Below are positions 12,571 to 25,689 of a stretch of DNA of 64,000 nt, one piece after another. The DNA comes from Octopus sinensis (taxonomy: Eukaryota), in contig NC_043024.1 in the NCBI RefSeq assembly GCF_006345805.1, forward strand, positions 6,758,001-6,822,000, read 5' to 3'. Numbering within the stretch: position 1 is the stretch's first letter; each line of letters begins with the position of its first letter. Both the position numbers and the translations under genes were made by a program. The notes beneath the pieces were generated by a model. It saw nothing but the letters and a program-made list of their open reading frames with translations, made no database searches and had not been told where the DNA came from.

Positions 12571-12971
12571 AAATGTAAAAGTACAGATTTAAGATAAAGA
12601 TAAGTGGACATACAGACAGACGCGTTACCAAGGAAACAGACTTTTTGTCGTCATGCATCATTATCATCATTATCACCATCATCGCTATCATCACGCCATC
12701 ATCATCATCATCTATGCCATGTCGCTCACTCCACCCCCCCACCCTCACTACACACACCACCACCACCATCACCAATACTACTACCACCATTATGACACTA
12801 TCAATACTACAAACACTGCCCCACAGCAGCATCACCACCACCACTACCACCATCACAAATACCATCTTTACTACCTCTGCGTGGTCCCTTCACTTGCTAA
12901 ATATAGCAGCCAAATCTCTCTTGTCTTGAAAACAAATGATGGACCAGTTAATATCTTCTTCTTCCATCTAG

Positions 12972-13071
12972 NNNNNNNNNNNNNNNNNNNNNNNNNNNNN
13001 NNNNNNNNNNNNNNNNNNNNNNNNNNNNNNNNNNNNNNNNNNNNNNNNNNNNNNNNNNNNNNNNNNNNNNN
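12972..13071. other. Assembly gap (100 N)
   Basis: Run of N flanked by low-complexity repeats. Confidence 1.
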
Positions 13072-13513
13072 CTCAGCAGCAGCGGTAGTAGCAGCAGCGG
13101 CAGCAGCAGCAGTGGGAGCAGCAGCAGCAGCAGCAGCAGCAGCGGCAGTAGCAGCAGCGGCAGTAGCAGCAGCGGCAGCAGCAGCGGCAGCAAAAGGAGT
13201 ACAATGATGAAAAAGGAAGATTATTGAGTCAACAGGGGCCTCAGAAATGCAATATGGGGGAGATGAAAAGACCCTAAAATTTGAGACTTGAAGAATCCTG
13301 TGATGCAGTAAGAGAGTAGAGTACTTCCAGTCGCAGTCGGATGGCATGGCACTGTGACCGGACCGATAGTCTCTTACCTGGATGGTATTCAAGGAGAGTA
13401 ATGCCATGAGAGGAGAGGGAAGAGATAATTCTTCATCTTGGAATATGGCAGAGATGTTTAAGAGATGGTGGTGGGTGGCAAAGGTGTGAGAGTCAATAAA
13501 AATTTCTCAAGGA

Positions 13514-13585
<72 letters not shown>

Positions 13586-13805
13586 GAATATATATATTTG
13601 TTTACACCTGCATTAACTCCATTTTTCATTCATATTATTCAAATATTCAACGTAAACACGAAGTTTCTACTTTTATAAACAAGGAGTTACAACACCTTTA
13701 CTTGTGAGATTTTTGCTGCCCTGGTAACTATGTATTTATTTTTCCATGTTAATTATTAACAAGGTAAAGATACACTCATCTATTTATATAATATATATAT
13801 ATATA

Positions 13806-14058
13806 TCATCATCATCATCATCGTCATCATCTTCATCATCATTTAACGTCCGCTTTCCATACTAGCATGGGTTGGACGGTTCGACTGGGGTCTGGGAAGC
13901 CAGGAGGCTGCACCAGGCCCAGTCTGATCTGGCAGAGTTTCTACAGCTGGATGCCCTTCCTAATGCCAACCACTCTGTTAGTGTAGTGGGTGCTTTTTAC
14001 ATGCCACTGACACAGGTGCCAGGCGAGGCTGGCAATGGCCATGATTGGTTGGTGCTTT
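13806..14058 (-). mobile_element. Short RTE 3'-end copy with (GAT)n tail
   Basis: Matches the terminal 170-250 bp of the RTE LINEs. Confidence 0.85.
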
Positions 14059-14061
14059 ATA

Positions 14062-16082
14062 TCATCATCATCATCATCATCGTTTAGCGTCCGTTTTCCA
14101 TGCTAGCATGGGTTGGACGGTTCTACTGGGGTCTGTGAAGCCAGAAGGCTTCATCAGGCCCAGTCAAATCTGGCAGTGTTTCTACGGCTGAATGCCCTTC
14201 CTAACGCCAACCACTCCGTGAGTGTAGTGGGTGCTTTTTACGTGCCACCCGCACTGGTGCCAGACAGAGCTGGCAAACGGCCACGAACGGATGGTGCTTT
14301 TTATGTGCCACCGGCACGAGGGCCAGGCGAGGCTGGCAACGGACACGAAACGGGGCGGTGCTGGCAACGGTCGCGAAACGGAAAGTTCTCTTACATGCCA
14401 CCGGCACTGGTAACACATCTGCAATTTCCATTGATCGATTTCCATTGATCGATTTCGATTCTGATCCTCACTTGCCTCAACGGGTCTTCACAAGCAGAGT
14501 TTCGACATGCCACCGGCACTGGTAGCACATCCGCAATTTCCATTGATCGATTTCGATTCTGATCCTCACTTGCCTCATACGTCTTCACAAGTAGAGTTTT
14601 GTGTCCCAAGAAGGGAAGGTATGCATACGTAGGCTGGCTCCATCCCATGTAGAAGGCCACGGGTTATGGACTCACTTGTCCTGCGGGTCTTCTCGCGCAC
14701 AGCACACTTCCAGAGGTCTCGGTCTCTAGTCATTTCCTCAGTGAGACCTAAAGTTCGAAGGTCGTGCTTCACCACCTCGTCCCAGGTTTTCCTGGGTCTG
14801 CCTCTTCCACAGGTTCCCTCAACCGCTAGGGTGTGGCACTTTTTCACACAACTATCTTCATCCATTCTCGCCACATGACCATACCAGCGCAAACGTCTCT
14901 CTTGCACACCACAACTGATGCTTCTTAGGTCCAGCTTTTCTCTCAAGGTACTTACACTCTGCCGAGTGTGAGTACCGGCATTACACATCCATCGGAGCAT
15001 ACTGGCTTCATTTCTAGCGAGCTTACGCATATCCTCAGCAGTCACGGCCCATGTTTCACTGCCATGTAGCATGGCTGTTTGTAACACGCATCATACAGTC
15101 TGCCTTTCACTCTGTGCGAGAGGCCTTTTGTCACCAGCAGAGGTAAGAGCTCTCTGAACTTTGCCCAAGCTATCTTACTCTAGCAGTTACACTTTCAGCA
15201 CACCCGCCCCCGCTGCTGACTTGGTCACCTAGGTAACGGAACTATCAACTATTTCTAGTTTTTCTCCCTGGAAAGTGACGGAAGTTGGTCTCAGAGCATT
15301 TTCAGTGTTTATTGTTCCTGAGCATCTGCCACATACAAAAACCATCTTCCTAGTTAGCCTTCCTTTGACATTGCTGCATCTCTTATGTGTCCATAGCTTA
15401 CACTTGGTGCATCTTATAGAGTTTCTACCTACACCTTTTCTACAGATCGAGCAGGGCCATCTACCTGAAGGTGTTTGTGATTTGTCTACCTTCCTACTGA
15501 TTACGACTTTGGTTTTAGCTAGATTGACTCTGAGGCCCTTCGATTCTAATCCTTGTTTCCACACCTGAAACTTCTCCTCCAGTTCTGATAGCGACTCAGC
15601 AATTAGAGCAAGGTCATCAGCATAGAGGAGCTCCCAAGGGCATCCTGTCTTGAATTCCTCCGTTATTGCCTGGAGGACTATGATAAATAGGAGGGGGCTG
15701 AGTACTGAGCCTTGGTGGACTCCTACCTCTACCCGGATTCTTCACTGTCTCATTTCCAACCCTCACCCTACTAGCGGCGTCCCTATACATGGCCCACAGC
15801 TCTCACTAACCATTCATCTATCCCTAGTTTCGTCATTGCCCACCAGATAAGGGATCGGGGGACCCTGTCGAAGGCTTTCTCCATGTCAACAAAAGCCAGG
15901 TACAGGGGCTTATCTTTGGCTAGGTATTTCTCCTGCAGCTGCCTTACCAGGAATATAGCATCAGTAGTACTTTTCCCTGGCACAAACCCAAACTGCATCT
16001 CATCTAAACTAACTCTCTCTCTAATTAGTTGGGCTATGACCCTCTCCGTAACCTTCATCACCTGGTCCAACAGCTTGATACC
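14062..16082 (-). mobile_element. RTE-clade LINE, 5'-truncated, with degraded RT
   Basis: QFGFVPGKSTTDAIFLVRQL...AFVDMEKAFDRVPR, LLYADDL, YLGD, HGSETWA...RLRWYGHVARM...GRGRPRKTW; tandemly repeated 3' UTR; (GAT)n tail. Confidence 0.95.
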
Positions 16083-16519
16083 TCTCTCTCTATATATATA
16101 TTATATATATATATATATACATATTGAGTTATGAATTAGAAGTAGAGCTAATATTGTTACCTAATCAACCGCACACTCTCAATGTATGTGTTTGCCTGTT
16201 TGCCAGTATGCTGCTGCTGTTCAATGTGATGGGGATGACTCCCTCAACACACTGGGTGTGAAAACACTCGAAAGTCATAGACAGGTGAGACAACTCACCC
16301 CTAATCCCATTCAAGAGTGGTGGATAATGATATTTCATCGTTTTTGTGGCTTATCGACATCATGTACCTGAACCAAACCAGGGGCTAACTGAATTGCTCG
16401 TCTATGGCTATAAATAATTAGTGTAAAAGCCATCAACTGGTAAGCCCAGATGATGCATGTGTAGGATTAAATTCAATTAGGAATTAGATGCAGTGCTAGT
16501 GTTGTAAACAGTATCAACT

Positions 16520-16550
<31 letters not shown>

Positions 16551-16554
<4 letters not shown>

Positions 16555-16844
16555 AATTAGAGAAGAACCACCTTTTATCAATTCAACAATGAAATAACAA
16601 TGATATAATTAAATTATACCATATGGAAAAAAATTAAATTTATAATAAAAACATATACCAATAGCCACAAAATACATGTAGTCTATTTACCAATTATATA
16701 CTTTTTATTTATTATTTTGTACTTTACTTAATTATTGGTATATCTTTTTATCGTATATTTAATTTTTTTCTATATGGTATAATTTAATCATATCATTGTT
16801 ATTTCATTGTTGAATTGCTACATGGTGGTTCTTCTCTAATTTAT
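16551..16844. mobile_element. AT-rich hairpin MITE
   Basis: Arms of about 100 bp or more (TAAATTAGAGAAGAACCACC.../...GGTGGTTCTTCTCTAATTTA) flanked by TA. Confidence 0.8.
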
Positions 16845-16967
16845 ACACATATATTATATATTGTAAAATTTGTTTTAGTATTACTACATTGAATTTTTCC
16901 CTGTAAGTTTGGAATAATATTCCCTAATATTATTATCATTATATATATCATCAAGAAGAAAATGGAT

Positions 16968-17417
16968 GTAAATAAGGGGAAACTTGTCGTTTTTGCTGGT
17001 GTGCCTTTAATTTAATTAGATAACAAAGAAGAAGGAAGCAAAGAGGATCATTAATGATCATTTCAATTTACTAATTTTAGTAAATCTTTTCAGAATGTGA
17101 AAAATAGATTGATATACATTGGTTAGGATGTGAAAAATAATCCATACATATGTGATGGTATTTGAGGCAAAGTTAGTAAGTCTTACATTAAATTTAGTTC
17201 TTGTTCTGACTTACTAATAACCATCACATATGTATCAATTATTTTTCCCATCCTAACTGATGTATCTATCTATTTTTCACATTCTGAAGAGATTTACTAA
17301 AACTAGTAAATCAAAACGATCATTAGTGCTACCTTCATCTTTGATTCCTTCTTCTTTGTTATCTAATTAAATTAAAGGCACACCAGCGAAAACGACAAGT
17401 TTCCCCTTATTATTTAC
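16968..17417. mobile_element. Long fold-back MITE
   Basis: Inverted arms of about 200 bp (AATAAGGGGAAACTTGTCGTTTT.../...AAAACGACAAGTTTCCCCTTATT). Confidence 0.85.
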
Positions 17418-18388
17418 CTCTGTAGCGTGTAGCTATTTTCAAACAGTACCGCCAAATTGTGGTAGCTGGTGATGTGACGTAATGTTGTATTGCCAAAGAA
17501 ATATGATTGTCATTTTCCCATTGGTTGAAATAACTGTTCATATTGGAATTCTAAAAATTAGTTAAAGAATATTTTTATATGATTTCAATTCTTTAAAGTC
17601 AATTTGAGCAGTTATAAAAACCCTGGATTTTGGGGAAAAACTTTAGTGTTTGTGGGATGTAACTAAACTCCATGACACTCACTTCTTTGAGACATTGGTT
17701 ATTTTTTTATGCCATGTCTATGAAAAATCCAACAAGACTTGTTTGAATTGTTGAGATCTATATAGTTAGTATGAAGAATTAGTGTAAATTTTAAGTCGTA
17801 ATTCTCTACAACAAAATTACTTTACTTCAAATCGTATCATAAATATTAAAAATGCTAAATGTACATCAATATACTAATGTAGTAATAATTTTCTCTTTTT
17901 TCATGTTCTTCAACTTATTAATGAAATTTATTTCTGTAATTATGAAACTGTATTTTTTTATAGCGGTTAAAAGAACACAAATTTATTTATCTTCAACATA
18001 CATGCATGCATAAAATGTCCATTAGCGTTTCAGAGAAAATATTTCTTACTATGGCGTTTATGTAGATGGAGTCAGGATTTACATATAATGGATAACACTT
18101 ATAAGTAAGTTATAAGTGACGGGTTTATCAATATATATCCCTTCTTCAAAGGTAAAATATATTTATCTATTTCCAAATAGGAAACATAATAAAGTAGCAT
18201 TACACTAACAGTGACCAAAAAACACTACTATACATCCATTTTCTTCTCATATATAACCTAATCTACAGTTTACCCACCTTCTACCGTTCAACTTTACAAA
18301 AGATTATACCTGCCCAGGTAACAACCAGGAGCGCCTTTGGATTTAATTATCCCTTAGAGGTATTAAACTCCTCTAACTGATACCTACA

Positions 18389-18424
<36 letters not shown>

Positions 18425-18879
18425 TTCATCATCATTTAACGTCCGTTTTCCATGCTGGCATGGGTTGGCTGGTTTGACAGGAGCTCACTAGCTGAAGGCT
18501 CTGTGTCTGTTTTGACAGGCATGGATGAGTGATGCCCTTCCTAACGCCTGAAAAGTTCATAGGCTGACCAAGATATTGTCATGGAATGCTAGCAAATGAG
18601 GTTTATTGTCCAACATAAACCCCCTTGAGGTCCACTCAGTGTTGGAGTGCTTAGATGTCATTGGTGAAGAAGCTTTCATCCTATTAATCAAAAATGTCAT
18701 CAACAACAGATATGACATCATCAATGTGATACTGCTTTCCAGCCAAGAGTTTATTCATGTTGGAGGAAGGGGCCAAGTTAGGAGAATAAAGAGGGCCATC
18801 AACCAGTTCAAAGCCATCGTCACACACAGAAGCCATTGAAACCAGGGACTTATATACTAGAATATTCTTTTCTCCTCTA

Positions 18880-19075
18880 GGCACAAGGCCCAAAATTTTG
18901 GGGGAGGGGGGCAGTCGATTAGATTGACCCCAGTATGCAACTGGTACTTAATTTATCAACCCCGAAAGGATAAAAGGCAAAGTCGACCTCGGTAGAATTT
19001 CAACTCAGAATGTGAAGACAAACGAAATACCGCTAAGCATTTCGTCCAGTGCTCTAACGTTTCTGCCCACTCGCC
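18880..19075 (-). mobile_element. SINE family 2
   Basis: Reverse complement of 1822-2055. Confidence 0.8.
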
Positions 19076-19714
19076 ATCTTGTGTGCCAGAATATTGTCAT
19101 GATGAAGACCCTTATCATCAGTGTTCCTCAGCATTTGGTCTTGATAGCCTTCTGAGTCTGCCTTAGTAGGTTGGCATAGTACATTCCATTGATGGTGTGA
19201 CCCATTTGAAGCACAATTCCTTTTGCATCCTAAAAAACTAAGGCTGTCATCTTCCCTGCAGATCAAACCACCTTAGCCTTGAGCAGGTGAGATGGGGTGT
19301 TTCCACTACATGGATTATCTCTTTGTCTGAGGCTCAAAGAGATGAACCCAACACTCATCCTAGGTTAGGAAATGTTCAGGAGAACCAGCCAGCAGGATTT
19401 GTTTCAAACAAAGTTAGATTTTCCTGTGATGTGATTAGCCTGGTGTGCTATTGTTCAGGTGTGAGATGTGGCATCCACTGAATAGAAAGAGGCCTTCCTC
19501 ATGCCAAGTTCATTGAGCAGAATATTCCCAACTCCCTCACTGCATTGGCTATTTCATATATAGTCAACCACCTGTCATCCATTACCATGGGGTGAACATG
19601 ATCAGTGTTTTCCTCAGTGGTGGAATTTGCAGGATATCCAGACCTTGGGTTTTCTTCAAGACTCTCCATTCCCTCCTAAATTCAGTTACCCACTTTTGCA
19701 CTACCCTTTTACTC

Positions 19715-19871
19715 ATTTACTCATTTACTTGTTTCATTTATTTGACTATGGCCATGCTGGAGCACCACCTTTAGTCGAGCAAATTGACTAGCACTTATTC
19801 TGTCAGTCACTTTTGCTGAAACGTTATACATATACACACACATACACATATATACATACATATTATATATA

Positions 19872-19930
<59 letters not shown>

Positions 19931-19935
19931 CATAT

Positions 19936-19966
<31 letters not shown>

Positions 19967-20095
19967 CATATATACGACGGGCTTTTTTCAGTTTCCGTTT
20001 ACCAAATCCACTCACAAGGCTTTGGTTAGTCCAAGGCTATAGTAGAAGACACTTGCCCAAGGTTCCGCACAGTGGGACTGAACCCGGAACTATTT
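19715..20095 (-). mobile_element. SINE family 1 (partially deleted)
   Basis: Consensus match. Confidence 0.8.
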
Positions 20096-20494
20096 ACCAC
20101 AGAGCCACTGTTGATAAAGCTAGAGTGTTATCCCTGAATGCAGCAACCATGTCAGCATCAATGTCCTTGGGGGCAAACCCCTTTTTCTGCAGGTACTTGA
20201 TAACACCACAGTGCCAAATTTTGTTGATTTTTCAAGAGAAGTGGCTACTAAATATCAGGCACGTGCCGTCAGTAATTACTAGGGCAGGCAGTTGGTGACC
20301 TTTAAGTAGTAAAATGCACAAAAAAAAATAAGTGAAATACAACCACGTGACTGAGTTGAAGGCAGATTTACTTCTACTTTTATAGTACGTAAAGAAAACG
20401 GTGTTGTAGGAGTGTATGCAGCACGTGTACTACAGCAGTACTGTGTGTAGTTTTAATACTCAGATTGAAAGGCAGGGGCGAATTATGCCTGCCT

Positions 20495-20713
20495 AATACT
20501 CTTTTACTTATTTCAGTCATTTGGCTGCGGCCATGCTGGAGCACCGCCTTTTTAGTCAAGTAAATTGCCCCCAGGACTTATTCTTTGTAAGCCTAGTACT
20601 TATTCTATTGGTCTCTTTTGCCGAACCGCTAAGTTAAGGGGATGTAAACACACCAACATTGGTTGTCAAGGGATGTTGGGGGGACAAACACAAACACACA
20701 AACATATACACAC

Positions 20714-20776
<63 letters not shown>

Positions 20777-20935
20777 CGATGGGCTTCTTTCAGTTTTCGT
20801 CTACCAAATCCCCTCACAAGGCTTTGGTCGGCCTGAGGCTATAGTAGAAGACAGTTGCCCAAGGTGCCATGCAATTGGACTGAACCCAGAACCATGTGGT
20901 TGGTAAGCAAGCTACTTACCACACAGCCACTCCTT
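20495..20935 (-). mobile_element. SINE family 1
   Basis: Near full-length. Confidence 0.9.
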
Positions 20936-21199
20936 TGCATTTTATGTATAGTAATCAGAGTAACCTACATAATTTCATTGAATTAGGTACATATTTTGCC
21001 ATAAAAGGAAATGTTACTATCGATCTGTTTTATTCAGGGTAGGCATTGCCTACCTTGCCTACCCAGGCTGCACGTCCCTGCTAGATATTTTTGAAGTCTT
21101 CTCAAAACAGTAAGATATCAGTTTACCTGGGAAGAAGCAATGCAGTTATCAATAAGAAGAGGTGAAATTAATGCATTGCCAGATTCTACAGTTGTAGGA

Positions 21200-21530
21200 G
21201 CACTCCTTGGCAAGAGGAGGGAGTATGATGGACGAAATTGAAGGGGCTGAAGACAAACACTTTTCTTTTTTATCAATCCCTAATCAACTTCTTCAAGTTT
21301 CGCTTGAAAAGGAAAATAAGGGTAGAGATGGAATTGTCTTCTAGCCATTTTGCTGAAAGGTGGATGGCAGTGGCAAGAATGGTGTGAGTGAACGAGCCTG
21401 CCCTGGGCATATGACTGCTACTGAAGAAAAGAAAGGGAAAAAAGGCTCTTGCTCCAAAAGTCAGGGTACCTATGGTTTTTATGGGGTTTTTCCATGAGCA
21501 GCCCCCAAACATCTTCTCCCTATTGGGGAT
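21200..21530 (+). mobile_element. Tx1-like LINE 3' fragment
   Basis: KGLKTNTFLFYQSLINFFKFRLKRKIRVE...FAERWMAVARM aligns with the C-terminus of the 11009-11586 ORF. Confidence 0.75.
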
Positions 21531-21539
21531 TATACATTC

Positions 21540-21905
21540 TCTTTTACTCTTTTACTTGTTTCAGTCATTTGACTGCGGCCATGCTGGAGCACCACCTTTT
21601 AGTACTTATTCTATCGGTCTCTTTTTGCCGAACCGCTAAGTGACGGGGACCTAAACACACCAGCATCGGTTGTCAAGCAATGCTAGGGGGACAAACACAG
21701 ACACACAAACACACACACATATACATATATATACACATATACGACAGGCTTCTTTCAGTTTCCGTCTACCAAATCCACTCACAAGGCATTGGTCGGCCCG
21801 GGGCTATAGCAGAAGACACTTGCCCAAGATGCCACGCAGTGGGACTGAACCCGCAACCATGTGGTTGGTTAGCAAGCTACTTACCACACAGCCACTCCTG
21901 CGCCT
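21540..21905 (-). mobile_element. SINE family 1
   Basis: Consensus match. Confidence 0.85.
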
Positions 21906-22438
21906 ATTGTTGAATTTTTTTTTAATTTCATTGTTTATCTTGTTTACATACAAAACCCCCACAACACACACACACACACATACTCACACACACACACACA
22001 CATACTCACACACACACACACACACACATACACATACACACACATACACACACACACACACACACATTCTTTGTTTTGTCCTGTGCTGTCCATAATATTT
22101 TACTTAATGTAAACCCTTTGTGGTTTTAATAAAGAAATCATTATTATTATTGTCATCATCATCATCGTCATCATTATTATTCCTTGTTCTATAGGCACAA
22201 GGTCAGAGCAGGTATAATCCTGTTTTAGCATGTTACAATCTTATCTTCATGCTTTGCATTCTTTTATGTCCCTTCTATTCTGAAAAGAAAAAAACAAAAA
22301 CATGCAAAGCACACAGCTTCTACAACAAGAACATGACCAACAACATTGTTGGTTGCTGTGCCAAATTAGCCTCAAATCTGTTGTGCTGAATGCTTTAACC
22401 TTTTAGCCTTCTGATTACTCTATGAAATGTAACACTTA

Positions 22439-22543
<105 letters not shown>

Positions 22544-22573
22544 GCTGCTGCTGTTGTTATTATTATTATTATT

Positions 22574-23120
22574 GCCTTTGCACAACTTCTAACACTGCAG
22601 TTGTACCATGGTGTTAACTGTTCACTATCAGTGAACTAAGGCAACACCCCTAATTTTTTGAGCACCATCTGGAGTATTCGAGTGATTCCAAGCAGTGCTG
22701 TTTTCTGCTAGTGCTCCACCCTTATTGCAGCCCCTATTTGTTCCATGTACTTCTCAAGATTTTTACTCACTGTTCCCAGGGCTCCGACAATTATTGGTAC
22801 TACTACCACCTTTTTTCAGCGACCACAACTGCTTAACTTCCCAAGCTAACCTGTTATATCTATCAACTTTTCTTTCTTCCTTATCGTATACCTTGTTGTC
22901 AGCTGGGCATGCTATATCTTTGATCCAGCATAGTTTGCTTTCTTTCTCAATTAACACTATGTCTGGTTTCCTATTCTCTATCTCATGGTCGTACTGAATC
23001 ATAAAGTCCCATAGGATCTTTGCATTTCCATTTTCGATGATGACTTCAGGTTTATGTTCATACCACTTCTTTGCTCTGTCAAGTCCATACTGGAAATGGT
23101 CAGTTTGAATGCTAAATGGT
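22574..23120 (-). mobile_element. R4/Dong-type non-LTR element 3' end (restriction-like endonuclease)
   Basis: KWYEHKPEVIIENGNAKILWDFMIQYDHEIENRKPDIVLIEK...DIACP...EERKVDRY; ends in (TAA)n. Confidence 0.8.
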
Positions 23121-23179
23121 GCGTATGTGTGTGTGCATGTGTATTATTATTATTATTATTGTTATTATTATTATTCCTT

Positions 23180-23213
<34 letters not shown>

Positions 23214-23582
23214 ACGTATGTGTATGTGCATGTGTGAACGTGCATGTGTGTATATATGTATATACATGTATATATATATAAATGTATGGTGCCACATAAA
23301 AGGCACACACTCCACATTGTATGGTTGTTGGTGTTAGGAAGGGCATCCAGCTGTAAAAACCCTGCCAGAACAGACAGTGAAGCCTGGTGCAATCTTCTGC
23401 CTAGCCAGCCCCTTCCAACCCATGCAACCCATGGAAAACAGGAGTTAAATGACGATAATGATGATGATGATGATGATGTGTGTGTGTGTGTGTGTGTGTG
23501 TGTGGAATAAGGAGAATGAAGAGAATGAAGAATTTGACCATTCAAACTTTATGTTTATTTCCAGTTAGTTTATTCGTAATAA

Positions 23583-23665
23583 TAGTCCGACGTGTTTCGA
23601 TCGCAACACCTGCATATTTATGTGCAACAATTTATGCATTGTTAGTATGACCTCTTCAAGGCATA
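23583..23665 (-). ncRNA. Hammerhead-like motif in a Penelope-type pLTR fragment (23540-23700)
   Basis: tatgcc-TTGAAGA-GGTC-[46 nt]-GATC-GAAAC-AC-GTC-ggacta. Confidence 0.55.
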
Positions 23666-23721
23666 TAAGTATGACATTTTTGTGAAGGGGAATTTTCTTC
23701 TGCTATTAGTTTAAATTAGGC

Positions 23722-23724
<3 letters not shown>

Positions 23725-23809
<85 letters not shown>

Positions 23810-23856
23810 GGTGGTGGTGGTGGTAGTGGTAGTGGTAGTAGTAGTAGTAGTAGTAA

Positions 23857-23889
<33 letters not shown>

Positions 23890-23893
23890 AAGT

Positions 23894-23936
<43 letters not shown>

Positions 23937-23945
23937 AAGTAGTAA
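23725..23945. repeat. (TAG)n/(TGG)n microsatellite
   Basis: Direct inspection. Confidence 0.95.
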
Positions 23946-24263
23946 ACCATTACATTTATAATGGATGGCAAGGTATAAGATATTGGGAGAATATCGCCTT
24001 CTTCCATTATCTCTTTTTGTTCTTCATGTTGTTCAGGCTTCCGGTAGGCGAAGAGAGAAGACTTCAAGTACAAACGTTATTTACAACTGGTTTATTTACA
24101 GGAAAGGTGTAGTGTGCTGCTCTCAGCTACCATCTTTAGCTGTGTGTGTTGTGTACATAGCTCCGTTAGTGTGGGCGCATTGCCTCTGGAGATAGACAGG
24201 CAGAAAGCCTCAGCCAGTGGAGTGCGATCAACAAGCGCTGCTGCTAAGAGGCAGAAAGAGAGA

Positions 24264-24298
24264 GAATGAATCTGTTTCTGTTTTGCCCTTATATAAAG
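24264..24298 (-). promoter_or_regulatory. Candidate Pol II core promoter (TATA + Inr)
   Basis: TATATAAGGG starting at 24295 and Inr TCATTC with the A at 24267 (28 nt spacing), in about 1.3 kb of apparently unique sequence. Confidence 0.4.
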
Positions 24299-25417
24299 TT
24301 TGCCATCACGAGCCACGATGTGATCTCGCATATGGCAAATGGATTCAAGTGAGGACTTGCTCCAGTCTTGACGATGGCAAAGGCTGCTGCGAGATCTCAT
24401 CCAATATGGTGCTGACTGCTTGTGCCGCTACACATTTTTCTATGAGATGTTTTCCTCAACTGTTTGTTTGGGTAAAATTCAAATTAGCAGCAGCAACAGC
24501 AGTTTGTTGAAGTTTGCAAATGTTCTTGGCTGGGTGGGGAGTGGTTACCAACAGAATACTTCTGAGGTGAACGAAAAATGTTCAGAGAAGCTGAATTTTC
24601 ATTCTTCCTTGCTTTAATTATTGTCATCACATTTCATTTAAACTGCATGCGTGAGCAAATGTTGAATGCTATTTAATTAACTAAATTCTTTCTACGAGAA
24701 TGCGTTGGGCTATCCCTCGTCTGTGCTGTGGTGAATATGGATATCTTATTTCGTTAGTGTATGCTTGTTTGTTTCATTTTCATTTTAGCAGTGAACTTCT
24801 TTTTTATTTTAGCAAGTTTCATCTTTATCTTAGTGGTTTCATGTTTAGAAACATCTTGTATAGCTTCTTGAGTATTTTGTCTGGCCTCCTTTTCTGGCGT
24901 GGAATAACCATGCTGCTTCATCATTTACAGTTGCAAGACAATACACTTTTTCAACAGTCTGATAAAAACAAAATAACATGGCATTATCCTGAATCAGGTC
25001 ATAGACACTAGACTGACTAAGCGATTGTCCAAAGCCACAAGGCGGAATGATGGTCTGACCATGCTGGAGTTTGCTGTGAAATAAAAATGAAACCAAAGCT
25101 GGCCATAAAGCAATATCATAAAAGAATTATAAGGAAACTTGATATTTCAACCGTCAAAGTAGATAACGATAAGAATAGTCTTGCTCGGAAGGTCAAGCCT
25201 CTAAGCAGGCCATTTGCAACACCCTTAAAGCCAGGAACTTTTCAGGAAAACCCTTGTGTATTTGTGTATGTGTGTGCACACACACATATATACACACACA
25301 CACACACACACACCACACACACACACATATATATATATACAGGGTAGCGAATAATCTTAGAAATTTCACCACCAGTGACCTAGCATGTATAAAAAGTCAA
25401 CAGACAACATATTCTCA

Positions 25418-25631
25418 ATATAAAATAGTGTACATTTAAACACAAGAGAAAACTACCTTTAACAGGTAATTTTTACATGCTAGAAGAAGCAGTCAAAATG
25501 ACCAAAACCAAAAGTAGTGGTTTTCCCTTCAAGAATTGCACTTAAATGTGGTTTTGATCGTTTTAACTGCTTCTTCTAGCATGTTAAAATCACCTGTTAA
25601 AGGTGGTTTTCTCTTGTGTTTAAATGTACAC

Positions 25632-25641
<10 letters not shown>
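25418..25641. mobile_element. Hairpin MITE
   Basis: About 88 bp inverted arms (ATAAAATAGTGTACATTTAAACACAAGAG.../...CTCTTGTGTTTAAATGTACACTATTTTAT). Confidence 0.8.
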
Positions 25642-25679
<38 letters not shown>

Positions 25680-25689
25680 GAAAAGGAGA

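Larger units (their letters stand above)
18545..20300 (-). mobile_element. Mariner (DD34D-type) transposon, decayed, interrupted by two SINEs
   Basis: KIWHCGVIKYLQKKG, QWMPHL (WVPH-like), DECWVHLFEP, LHHDN and YSPNLAPS motifs in order on the minus strand. Confidence 0.85.

Noticed and set aside
12653-13407. Poly-Ala ORFs across the gap
   Set aside because: They span 100 N and a (GCA)n repeat
16207-16284. 78-nt exon-like segment (YAAAVQCDGDDSL...)
   Set aside because: Splice signals plausible, but no recognisable protein or supporting context
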